This document shows, piece by piece, positions 20,613-29,205 of a stretch of 64,000 bases of DNA. The position numbers were made by a program, and so were the translations under genes. Within the stretch, counting starts at the first letter, position 1. The number at the start of each line of letters is the position of its first letter. The notes beneath the pieces are model-generated. The model did not search any database, was not told the origin of the DNA, and saw only the letters and a program-made list of their open reading frames with translations. Source of the stretch: an uncultured Flavobacteriales bacterium (GTDB lineage Bacteria; Bacteroidota; Bacteroidia; Flavobacteriales; JBLHRE01); NCBI GenBank assembly GCA_937139155.1, contig CAKZPI010000032.1, forward strand, positions 44,969 through 108,968, in the 5' to 3' direction.

Positions 20613-21688
20613 TGGGTCGTAGAAGATTTAAGCGAAGGAGCCAAAAGAAGAAAAACAGGATTGGAAAAATTCTATTTCTCCTCACCCTAGCCTTAGGGGT
20701 TTATGCCGTGATTAAGGTGTACGGACTAATTCTTAAAGACAATATCAAAAAGGAGGAACCAGTTTACCTCTATATTCCTTCAGGGGCTTCCTATGAAACC
20801 GTTATTGACAGTCTTGAGAAACTTGATGTCTTAAAATCTTTTACAGGATTTGACTTAGTAGCTAAACTGAAGTCTTATCCTGATTTGGTGAAACCAGGAA
20901 GGTATAAGATTGGTTCGGGCCTCAGCAATAATGAATTGGTGAATAAGCTTAGAAGCGGAGACCAAGAGGTGGTTCAGCTTACCTTCAATAATCTGGAAGA
21001 TATCTATGAACTGGCCGGGATTGTTTCGAGACAAATAGAAGCGGATTCAGCCAGTTTGGTTGCTGAGATGACCTCCATTGATGTTGATGATTTTGAGGTT
21101 AATTCGGCCACCCTTCCTTCTTTATTTTTACCAAACACCTACCAGTTTTATTGGAATACCGATGCAGATGGCTTTGTTCGAAGGATGGTTTTGGAGTTCA
21201 ACCGATTTTGGAATAATGAACGGAAATCGAAGGCCAAGTCTATGAACTTGACCATACCAGAAGTGGTTACCTTGGCCAGCATTGTGCATAAAGAAACGGT
21301 TAAGCCCGATGAGCGGAAAAGGGTTGCGGGTTTGTACGTGAATAGAATCCGGAAAAATTGGAAGCTTCAATCGGATCCAACCGTGATTTTTGCGGTGAAG
21401 AAAAAACTTAACAAAGACACAATCATTCGAAGAGTCCTTTACAAAGACCTTCGTACCGAATCTCCTTACAATACCTATTTAAACCCAGGAATTCCGCCCG
21501 GTCCAATTTGCATTCCCCCTTTAGGGGCCATAGATGCGGTATTATATCACGAAGAACATGAATACATGTATATGTGTGCTCGAGAAGACTTTTCAGGCTA
21601 CCATAACTTTGCCATAACCGCTTCACAACATGCAATTAATAGGGCTAAGTACACCAAAGAATTAGACCGAAGAAATATAAAGCGGTAA
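20612..21688 (+). CDS. mltG: Endolytic peptidoglycan transglycosylase MltG (YceG-like)
   Basis: N-terminal membrane anchor and YceG motifs 'ASIV.KE' and 'SPYNTY...GLPPGPI'. TAATG overlap with the upstream stop. Confidence 0.85.
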   Translation: MGRRRFKRRSQKKKNRIGKILFLLTLALGVYAVIKVYGLILKDNIKKEEPVYLYIPSGASYETVIDSLEKLDVLKSFTGFDLVAKLKSYPDLVKPGRYKIGSGLSNNELVNKLRSGDQEVVQLTFNNLEDIYELAGIVSRQIEADSASLVAEMTSIDVDDFEVNSATLPSLFLPNTYQFYWNTDADGFVRRMVLEFNRFWNNERKSKAKSMNLTIPEVVTLASIVHKETVKPDERKRVAGLYVNRIRKNWKLQSDPTVIFAVKKKLNKDTIIRRVLYKDLRTESPYNTYLNPGIPPGPICIPPLGAIDAVLYHEEHEYMYMCAREDFSGYHNFAITASQHAINRAKYTKELDRRNIKR

Positions 21689-21693
21689 TTGGT

Positions 21694-21701
21694 TAGTTTT
21701 G
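21694..21701 (+). promoter_or_regulatory. Candidate -7 promoter box (TAnnTTTG)
   Basis: 'TAGTTTTG' lies 19 nt upstream of the ATG at 21720. The same 12-mer TAGTTTTGCCGC recurs at 27022. Confidence 0.4.
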
Positions 21702-21719
21702 CCGCCAAACTGAGAAATT

Positions 21720-23135
21720 ATGTCATTGATAAAATTTGGAACCGACGGATGGAGGGCTATTATTGCCAAAGACTTCACCGTAGATAATGTAGCTCGCGTA
21801 TCTACTGCCACCGCCGACTGGCTTTTGCAGAATTTTGATAACCCATCTTGTGTAGTGGGTCACGATTGCCGGTATGGAGGGCCAATGTTTGCAGAAACAG
21901 TAGCCAAGGTTTTGGTTCAAAAAGGAATTAAAGTTTACCTACATAATTCAGGTCCGGTTTCAACACCAATGGTCTCTTTAGGTGCCGTTAAGCACAAGGC
22001 CTCTTTGGGGGTAATTATTACGGCTTCTCATAATCCGCCAACCTATAATGGGTATAAACTAAAAGGGCATTTCGGCGGACCATTACTTCCAAAGGAAGTT
22101 GCTGAGGTTGAAGGATTGATTCCTGACAACAACATCATGGCTCTTGACTCCATTGACCTGGATACTTTTAAGAGTCAGGGTAGACTTGAGTACACCAATT
22201 TAGAAGATTTATATGTTGATCATGCGGAAGCTCATTTTGATATGGATGCCATTTTGAACTCAGGTTTAAATATGGCCTATGACCCAATGTATGGTGCGGG
22301 CCAGGATGCTATGAGGAGAATCCTTCCAGACATTACGTATTTGCATGCTGATCATAATCCGGGGTTTGAAGGTGTTGCTCCAGAGCCCATCTTGAAAAAC
22401 CTAATGCCTTTCAGAGATCTAATCCAAATGTCTGGAGATATCGACGCCGGCTTGGCCACCGATGGAGATGCAGATAGACTTGGGTTCTTTGATCAGAAAG
22501 GAAATTTTATTGACTCACACCACCTCATCTTGCTTTTGATTCACTACTTGGTGAAGTATAAGGGCATGAGTGGAAAAGTGGTGACCGCCTTCAGTGTTAC
22601 CGACCGGGTGAAAAAGCTTTGCCAGCATTATGGCCTTGAGCAAGAGACCACCAAAATTGGATTTAAGTACATAGCCGGACATTTCCTAGACAGTGATGTA
22701 TTGCTTGGAGGGGAAGAGTCTGGGGGTATTGCCATCAAGGGCCACATTCCTGAACGGGATGGAATCTGGATGGGACTTACCCTATGGGAGTTTATGGCCA
22801 AATCAGGTAAAAGCCTAGAAGCTTTGATTCAAGAGGTTTATGATTTGGTAGGAGCCTTTCAGTTTAGCCGAAATGACCTGCACATTACGGAGGAATTGAA
22901 GCAAAAAGCCATGAAGGCTTGCGCCGATGGGACATTTACCCAGTTTGGTGACCGAAAGGTAGAACGGGTAGAAAACATCGATGGATATAAATTCCATTTT
23001 GCCAATGATGAATGGTTGATGATTCGCCCGAGTGGTACCGAGCCCGTTTTAAGAACTTATGCGGAGTCTTCAGACATGGAAGGGGTTAATCAGCTTCTTG
23101 CCCATTGCGAAAAGGCAATTAAGGCTTTAGCCTAA
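21720..23135 (+). CDS. Phosphoglucomutase/phosphomannomutase family protein
   Basis: Active-site serine loop 'TASHNPPTYNGYK', metal loop 'DGDADR' and sugar loop 'GGEESGG'. Confidence 0.85.
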   Translation: MSLIKFGTDGWRAIIAKDFTVDNVARVSTATADWLLQNFDNPSCVVGHDCRYGGPMFAETVAKVLVQKGIKVYLHNSGPVSTPMVSLGAVKHKASLGVIITASHNPPTYNGYKLKGHFGGPLLPKEVAEVEGLIPDNNIMALDSIDLDTFKSQGRLEYTNLEDLYVDHAEAHFDMDAILNSGLNMAYDPMYGAGQDAMRRILPDITYLHADHNPGFEGVAPEPILKNLMPFRDLIQMSGDIDAGLATDGDADRLGFFDQKGNFIDSHHLILLLIHYLVKYKGMSGKVVTAFSVTDRVKKLCQHYGLEQETTKIGFKYIAGHFLDSDVLLGGEESGGIAIKGHIPERDGIWMGLTLWEFMAKSGKSLEALIQEVYDLVGAFQFSRNDLHITEELKQKAMKACADGTFTQFGDRKVERVENIDGYKFHFANDEWLMIRPSGTEPVLRTYAESSDMEGVNQLLAHCEKAIKALA

Positions 23136-23157
23136 TACAAAGACCTTAATTTAAAAA

Positions 23158-23191
23158 AGGTAAGTAGGGCCTAGGACTTACTTCCTTTTTT
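23158..23191 (+). terminator. Probable intrinsic terminator after the PGM/PMM gene
   Basis: 8-bp stem AGGTAAGT/ACTTACTT (one G-U pair) followed by CC and T6. Confidence 0.55.
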
Positions 23192-23349
23192 AGTTTTCAT
23201 CCTTATTTCTGAGATTCAAAAGGAAGGTATCCTTGAAAATCACTCAAAGGTGTTTTGGATGCTTTCCTTGGCCAAAATGAATCAGCATTTAACGCCTTTG
23301 ATTCGTTGATTTATAGATTGTTGTACCTTGGTAGGAAATATAATCCACC

Positions 23350-24864
23350 ATGTTACGAAAACTAATTCTTTTACTAAGCCTATTTCTCTATTGGCAAGCC
23401 TCCTATTCGCAAACCTATGTAGATAGCCTTTTGTATCACCCTACCCAGGACCAAGAGTCTATTCAACAAGTTTTTAATATGGGTGATTTTATTGGCATGT
23501 TCATTGGGTATGGATCAACCCTTTCCGGCTGGCATTCTTGGGCCCATTTTGATACCGAAAAGATCAACATGAATCGAATCGGTGGGATATCTCTGTCACA
23601 CGCTCCATTGTTTTATGAGACCTTTCATTACAACGACTCAATCTTGTTAAGGTATTTATGGGATTATGATTTTTGCTTGCACGCCAGCTATCATAGCAAA
23701 ACGAACCTTCGTATAGAGTCAAATAATTGTCCAGTTCGGGGGGGCGAACTCAATTTGATGGAAGGCTTTCTTTACCAAGGTGTTCCAAACATCCCGTTTT
23801 ACAATTACTATAATACTGGTTTACCAGATTATGGATACTTTCAAATTGACTCAACCTGGGGTATTGCGGATACATTTCGTTTTCCAAGTTATTTTACGGA
23901 TTCCAGTGGTTTTCCAAGGACCATAATTAAGGATGAGAAGGACCAAATTGTTGCATTAGCAGATGAAATTAAGATAAACGGGGTTAACCACCTTCAATTC
24001 ATCCGTCTTGACAATAATGGGTGGTTGATAAAAGATACCAGCTTAATTGATTTGAGTCAGTTGCCTTATACCACAAGTGCAAGGGGACCGTTTTATAATA
24101 AATTCCTGATTTCCAAAAACGGTTTGGTTTACTTATCGGTTCGTCACCGTGATGTTCAATCCTTTTTTATTTTCAATGAATCTTTTCAAATTAAAGGAAA
24201 GGCATTAACAATTCCATTAAACTCTCCTTGCCAAAAGCGGTATGTATTAGGCCTTTCACCAAGCCCTAGTCATCCATTGGACTATTTATCCTTGCAGCCC
24301 ATGAAGGATGGTAGCTTTCTGGTTCTTTCTAATTGGGAGATTCATACGTTCCAGCAAAATATGAATCATAAATCTAAATCTTCAATTTGGAAATTTGATT
24401 CCCTGGGTACCCACTTATGGTCAAACTGCATTCCTGTAAATAGCTTTCATCATTATATTCAATTGCGATATGCATTTGAGGTGAATGATTCTACGTATGG
24501 GGTCATCGGAACAGAATACGAGAATATTCATAATGGAACTGACAATAATCCTGCAAGAACTCGAGTACTTTATTTTAACAAAAATGGCGACCCAGGGAAA
24601 GCCTTAACGTCAGAAAGCGAAGTTGATGAATCCCCCGTAATAATTTTCCCTAACCCTGCATCCCATACCTTAAAAATTGAGGCCAATCATGAGGAATTTA
24701 AAGATTTAAATGTACTTGACCCACTTGGGCGAACGGTTTATTTTCAGCCAGTTAGGCCCAGTATGACGATAGATTTAAGTGGGTGGGCAAGGGGTATATA
24801 TTACCTTAACTTTATTGGCGAAACTGGGCATTATATTGTAAAGACTGTACTAGTTGTTGATTAG
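23350..24864 (+). CDS. Secreted protein of unknown function with a T9SS type-A C-terminal sorting domain
   Basis: Signal peptide present. C-terminus 'IFPNPASHTLKIE....LDPLGRTVY......IDLSGWARGIYYLNF' matches the Por_Secre_tail pattern. Confidence 0.75.
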   Translation: MLRKLILLLSLFLYWQASYSQTYVDSLLYHPTQDQESIQQVFNMGDFIGMFIGYGSTLSGWHSWAHFDTEKINMNRIGGISLSHAPLFYETFHYNDSILLRYLWDYDFCLHASYHSKTNLRIESNNCPVRGGELNLMEGFLYQGVPNIPFYNYYNTGLPDYGYFQIDSTWGIADTFRFPSYFTDSSGFPRTIIKDEKDQIVALADEIKINGVNHLQFIRLDNNGWLIKDTSLIDLSQLPYTTSARGPFYNKFLISKNGLVYLSVRHRDVQSFFIFNESFQIKGKALTIPLNSPCQKRYVLGLSPSPSHPLDYLSLQPMKDGSFLVLSNWEIHTFQQNMNHKSKSSIWKFDSLGTHLWSNCIPVNSFHHYIQLRYAFEVNDSTYGVIGTEYENIHNGTDNNPARTRVLYFNKNGDPGKALTSESEVDESPVIIFPNPASHTLKIEANHEEFKDLNVLDPLGRTVYFQPVRPSMTIDLSGWARGIYYLNFIGETGHYIVKTVLVVD

Positions 24865-25049
24865 AGTAAAAGCGTACCTGAGCTCTTGAAAATTTCCTGG
24901 GAATCAATTTTGTGCACATCTGGTTTAGGGCCTGCTCAAAAGTCTGTACGATTAAATTTTTTTCGGTTGAAATTTAATTTTTGATACCCCAAGGTTCAAG
25001 TAGGAAAATACCTTAAGAATATCGTGCTTCGCAGGGTGATTCATTAGGA

Positions 25050-26216
25050 ATGGGCGATGCATTGAAAACATATTCAAATTCATTTTGGAGGCTTTGCCTG
25101 AGCGGATTTTTATTCTTCGCGAGCTTTAACATGATTATTCCTGAATTGCCAGGATACCTTGAGTCTATTGGTGGAGGAGAATACAAGGGTTTAATCATAG
25201 CCCTATTCACTTTAACAGCAAGCATTTCAAGACCCTTTAGCGGAAGGTTAACCGATACCATTGGCCGGATTCCGGTAATGGTAATAGGGGTAGGGGTTTG
25301 TGTGATTTCCTCAATGGCTTACCCCTTTGCAACCACCTTATTCGGATTTTTTGCCCTGAGGTTGCTGCATGGTTTGAGTACCGGGTTTAAACCCACGGCA
25401 ACAGCAGCCTATGTGGCAGACATCATACCCATAAACAAAAGAGGAGAAGCCATGGGCATTTTCGGAACATTTGGTTCTGCAGGTATGGCCTTTGGTCCGG
25501 CCATGGGTAGCCCAATTGCTCAAGAATTCGGAATGGATTGGATGTTTTATGCCTCCGCATTCCTGGGCGGATTGTCGCTTTTGGTACTCTTCAAAATGCC
25601 AGAAACCCTGGAAGATACCGTTCGGTTTAAGGCTTCCCACCTACAACTTTCTTTAGAAGATGTTTTTGATAGGGGAGTCTGGTTCCCGGGCTTTCTATTG
25701 GTCTTAACCGCATTTTCCTTTGGCTTGGTTTTAACCGTGGTGCCTGATTATTCAGACCATTTGGGCTTGGCCAATCGGGGGGTGTTTTTCACGGTATTTA
25801 CCCTTTCCTCCATATTGGTTCGCTTCCTTGCGGGAAAGGCCTCTGATAAATATGGAAGGTTGCCGGTGCTAATGGCTAGCACCAGTTTAATGGTTGTATC
25901 TTTATGTTTAATGGCCTTTGCTGGAACGGGAACCGCTTTATTGGTTGCTGGTGGGGTTTACGGATTGGCCATCGGAATAAACTCGCCAACTCTCTACGCG
26001 TATACCGTGGATTTAGGAGACCCCAATCGGAAGGGGAGGGCCTTGGCTACCATGTACATTATGTTGGAAATAGGCATTGGCCTGGGCGCCTTACTGGGAG
26101 GCTGGGTTCATGGGAATGAAACCGATAATTTCCCGAAAACCTTTTTAATGCCAGCCGTGTTGTCAGGCTTGGCCGGATTCTTGGTAATTATTCGATACCG
26201 GATGGTTAAGCAATAA
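25050..26216 (+). CDS. MFS transporter
   Basis: About 12 predicted hydrophobic helices and the MFS loop motif 'GRLTDTIGR' / 'ASDKYGR'. Confidence 0.8.
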   Translation: MGDALKTYSNSFWRLCLSGFLFFASFNMIIPELPGYLESIGGGEYKGLIIALFTLTASISRPFSGRLTDTIGRIPVMVIGVGVCVISSMAYPFATTLFGFFALRLLHGLSTGFKPTATAAYVADIIPINKRGEAMGIFGTFGSAGMAFGPAMGSPIAQEFGMDWMFYASAFLGGLSLLVLFKMPETLEDTVRFKASHLQLSLEDVFDRGVWFPGFLLVLTAFSFGLVLTVVPDYSDHLGLANRGVFFTVFTLSSILVRFLAGKASDKYGRLPVLMASTSLMVVSLCLMAFAGTGTALLVAGGVYGLAIGINSPTLYAYTVDLGDPNRKGRALATMYIMLEIGIGLGALLGGWVHGNETDNFPKTFLMPAVLSGLAGFLVIIRYRMVKQ

Positions 26217-26217
26217 T

Positions 26218-26937
26218 TTAGTCAATTTGACGAATGGAGCCTGCTCCGCTAATGTCTTTACTAATGGATTTAGGGTTTCCTTTATAGCGGATGGACCCTG
26301 CCCCACTAACTTCCGCGTCAAGCTTCTCGGTAACCCATAGTTTGGCCGATCCTGCACCTGAAAGATCCATGTCTATTTCTCGGGTTTCCAATTCGTAAGC
26401 GTCTAGGTCAACCGCTCCTGAGATATCCGCATCAAATTCATAGGCTTTCCCTGATAGCCAAAGTTCAGCAGCACCCGAAACATCCACGTTTAGGTGGTTT
26501 ACATTGAGTGCGATTTTGGCGTCTGTGGCTCCTGAAATATCAATGGAAAATTCATCGTTTTCGATTACTCCCTTTGAGTCTAAATCAATGGCACCCGAAA
26601 GGTTAATTTCTGAAAGGTGGGTATAGGTTATATAAATCTCCATTTTTTCAGCTTTCCGAATGTCTTCAGAGATCCAGACTTTAAGTTCACCAGCTTCAAC
26701 TTCATGGCGAATGAGTTCGAGTAAATTTTCATCGGCAACAACCTCAAGGTCTGGGCTATCTCCTTGCCTTATGTATACATCGAAGAAACCTGAGATTTCC
26801 AAGGACTCAAAATGCTCAATGCTCCTTACTTCTCTTTCAACTTGACCATTACCCTTAACCCCTTGAATGCAGGCGAAGAGTATGAAAGGAAGGGCCGCAA
26901 TGCCAAGGAAACTGAAGATTTTTCTCGAGAGAATCAT
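26218..26937 (-). CDS. DUF2807 (GIN/adhesin-head-like) beta-helix protein
   Basis: Signal/lipoprotein leader and eight repeats of the form '(I/L/V)SGA.(D/S)...'. Confidence 0.6.
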   Translation of the reverse strand: MILSRKIFSFLGIAALPFILFACIQGVKGNGQVEREVRSIEHFESLEISGFFDVYIRQGDSPDLEVVADENLLELIRHEVEAGELKVWISEDIRKAEKMEIYITYTHLSEINLSGAIDLDSKGVIENDEFSIDISGATDAKIALNVNHLNVDVSGAAELWLSGKAYEFDADISGAVDLDAYELETREIDMDLSGAGSAKLWVTEKLDAEVSGAGSIRYKGNPKSISKDISGAGSIRQID

Positions 26938-27021
26938 AGGAAACTAGGATTAGGTTATGCCACGAATTTAAGTAAACTAGAAATAGAAATGTATTTTTTG
27001 AAGTTTGAAAGCGCATAGTAT

Positions 27022-27029
27022 TAGTTTTG
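27022..27029 (+). promoter_or_regulatory. Candidate -7 promoter box (TAnnTTTG) upstream of the Smr gene and rnpB
   Basis: 'TAGTTTTG' ends 5 nt before the GTG at 27034. The true start may therefore be the ATG at 27091, or the mRNA is almost leaderless. Confidence 0.35.
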
Positions 27030-27033
27030 CCGC

Positions 27034-27582
27034 GTGAAACCAAGCAAAGACATAAAACCAGGAGATTGGGTTCGGTTTTTAAATGAGGCCATGGAAGGAA
27101 GGGTTCTTGAGATTCAAGATAATCGGGCCTTGGTTTTAAGGTCGGATGAATTTGAAGAGTGGGTTGGTCTTAGTGAATTGGTGAAAGAGCTGAAAGAGTT
27201 TGAAGCTTTGATGGAAATTCAAGACTTTGATTTTCGGCGGGTGAGAGAGAAAGAAGCAAGGGCAAAAAGAAAGGTTTCGGCTTCAAGCAAAGGCGAGCAG
27301 GTTTGGGAAGTTGATCTTCATTTTGAGAATTTGGTGGACCGAATTCGAGGGTTGACCAATGGAGAAATTTTAAACATTCAAATCAACCATTGCCGATTTA
27401 AAATAGACCAAGCCATGGAAAGAAAGGTGGATAAATTGGTCATTGTACATGGGGTAGGCCAAGGAGTTTTAAGAGCTGAGGTACACGCCCTATTGCATTC
27501 CTATAATTTGAAATTTTACGATGCCAGCTTTGCGAAATATGGACGTGGGGCAACCGAGGTAGAAATCAGACAAAGGCCGTAA
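27034..27582 (+). CDS. Smr domain-containing protein
   Basis: C-terminal Smr pattern 'EVDLH.....A.........L..A......L.IVHG.G.GVLR..V...L'. The start codon is uncertain (GTG 27034 vs ATG 27091). Confidence 0.6.
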   Translation: MKPSKDIKPGDWVRFLNEAMEGRVLEIQDNRALVLRSDEFEEWVGLSELVKELKEFEALMEIQDFDFRRVREKEARAKRKVSASSKGEQVWEVDLHFENLVDRIRGLTNGEILNIQINHCRFKIDQAMERKVDKLVIVHGVGQGVLRAEVHALLHSYNLKFYDASFAKYGRGATEVEIRQRP

Positions 27583-27591
27583 CTTTGCCGG

Positions 27592-27931
27592 GCATGTAGC
27601 TTGTCGCCCGCCTTAGGTGGGAGGAAAGTCCGGGCAGCAAAGGACAGCCTGCTTCCTAACGGGAAGGCTTAATTATTTTAAGGAGTACTGCAGAAGAAAA
27701 TAACCGTCCGCCTCAGGCGGATAAGGGTGAGAAGGTGGGGTAAGGGCCCACCAGCAATGTGGTGACATATTGGCTGTGCAGCTCAGGCGCTGAAATGCCA
27801 TGTATACCTCGGGTTGAAAGCGGTCCGCTTGATCAGTTTACTGAACCGGGGAGGGTAGGCAGATGGATCCATAGGGTGACTTATGGGCTAGATAAATGAC
27901 AGGCCTTGACAGAATCCGGCTTATCGCATGC
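27592..27931 (+). ncRNA. rnpB: RNase P RNA, bacterial type A
   Basis: Universally conserved 'GAGGAAAGTCCGGGC', 'AAGGGTGAGAAGGTGGGGTAAGGGCCCACC' and 'ACAGAATCCGGCTTATCG'. P1 pairing GCATG/CATGC. The ends are accurate to about +/-5 nt. Confidence 0.9.
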
Positions 27932-27939
27932 AAAGAATT

Positions 27940-27970
27940 AGGGGTCGCTCATTGGGCGGCCTCTTTTTTT
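27940..27970 (+). terminator. Intrinsic terminator of rnpB; the hairpin encloses the stop codon of the convergent histidine kinase gene
   Basis: 9-bp stem AGGGGTCGC/GCGGCCTCT (two G-U pairs), 7-nt loop, then T7. Confidence 0.6.
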
Positions 27971-29205
27971 GGAATGGTGAATTGAAAGGTTGAGCCTTTG
28001 CCCAGTTCAGATTTAACCCAAATTTCTCCATTGTGTTTTTCAATGATTCGTTTTATAAGGGCTAGGCCTACACCTGAGCTTTCTTCCAAAGCCATATCAC
28101 TTAAAATCTTTCCGAATCTAAAGAGCTGGCTTTGCTGCTCTGGGCTCAGTCCAATGCCATTGTCTTTGATTTTAATGTGGTACGAATTTTCCAATTCGTC
28201 CAAGGTGATTTTCACCTTTTTTATCTCACTTGAATTATACTTAACGGCATTGGTGAGCAAGTTTTGAAAAACAGTTTGAAGCTCTGAGGGGTTGAAAGTT
28301 ACTTCCGTTTCCTCAAAATCAAGTTTAATTTTTACGTCCTCTTTAAACTGTAAATAGTTTAGGAGTTTTTCAAGGAAAGCTTTGATTTCAAGGGTTTCAG
28401 TTTCGGCTGTTTTACCTGCAGCTTTTGAGAAATTCAATACTTGATTAATGAAGTCTTTCATTTTATTGCTTTGTTCCTCAATCATTTGAGAGAACTTCTC
28501 AAGCTTTAATTTGTTTTGTTCTTCTTTAACAAAGGCGGCAAGGATTAAAATATTGTTCAAAGGGGCTTTAAGGTCATGAGCTACAAGGTTTGCAAAGTCT
28601 TGGATTTCTTGGTTTCTAGCCGCTAATTCTTCCGTTTTTTTACGGAGGTTTTCATTGGCCTTAATCAAGGCCTTCTGTTGTTGTTTAATCTCCTTGTAAG
28701 CCGCGGTTAACTCTTGGTTGTTTTCCTTGACAATATCCAGGTAGTTATTGGTTTCGGCCTTCATTTTATTCAGCCATTCTACCAGGGTTTCTGGGTCAAT
28801 TTCTATGGCTACAGGAAGAACTATTCCAATTTTAACTTTTGTGCCTTCCTTTCCTGTTTCAATTTCGAAGGAATCACAAAGCCGTTTGGCGCCTCTAAGT
28901 CCTAGGCCCAAGCCAGAGCTGCTCTTATAGTTTCCAGAGAGAATTTCAGAGAGGTTTTCAATTCCTGGTCCGTGGTCTTGAACAATGGCCACAAGCTCCT
29001 GTGGTGCTTCTTCGGTAATGTAGAAGGTGATTTCTCCAGAGTTTCCGTATTTAATCACGTTCCTCACCAATTCAGAAATAGCTGTGGTAAACTTTGAGGT
29101 GTCTTGTTTGCTGAGTTGACATAATTCAGCCAAGGTACTTACCCTTCTTCGAATAATGCCAGAATCAGATTCATGGTTGATTTGAATTTCCTTTATATAA
29201 ATCAT
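27949..29205 (-). CDS. Histidine kinase with an N-terminal RsbT/RsbW-like GHKL domain, a coiled coil, HisKA and HATPase_c
   Basis: N-terminal boxes 'ELVRNVIKYG', 'DHGPGI' and 'GLGLGLRGAKRL'. H-box 'VAHDLKAPL' (His210). C-terminal 'NLLTNAVKYN', 'DNGIGL' and 'GVGLALIKRIIE.HNG'. Confidence 0.85.
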   Translation of the reverse strand: MIYIKEIQINHESDSGIIRRRVSTLAELCQLSKQDTSKFTTAISELVRNVIKYGNSGEITFYITEEAPQELVAIVQDHGPGIENLSEILSGNYKSSSGLGLGLRGAKRLCDSFEIETGKEGTKVKIGIVLPVAIEIDPETLVEWLNKMKAETNNYLDIVKENNQELTAAYKEIKQQQKALIKANENLRKKTEELAARNQEIQDFANLVAHDLKAPLNNILILAAFVKEEQNKLKLEKFSQMIEEQSNKMKDFINQVLNFSKAAGKTAETETLEIKAFLEKLLNYLQFKEDVKIKLDFEETEVTFNPSELQTVFQNLLTNAVKYNSSEIKKVKITLDELENSYHIKIKDNGIGLSPEQQSQLFRFGKILSDMALEESSGVGLALIKRIIEKHNGEIWVKSELGKGSTFQFTIPKKEAAQ

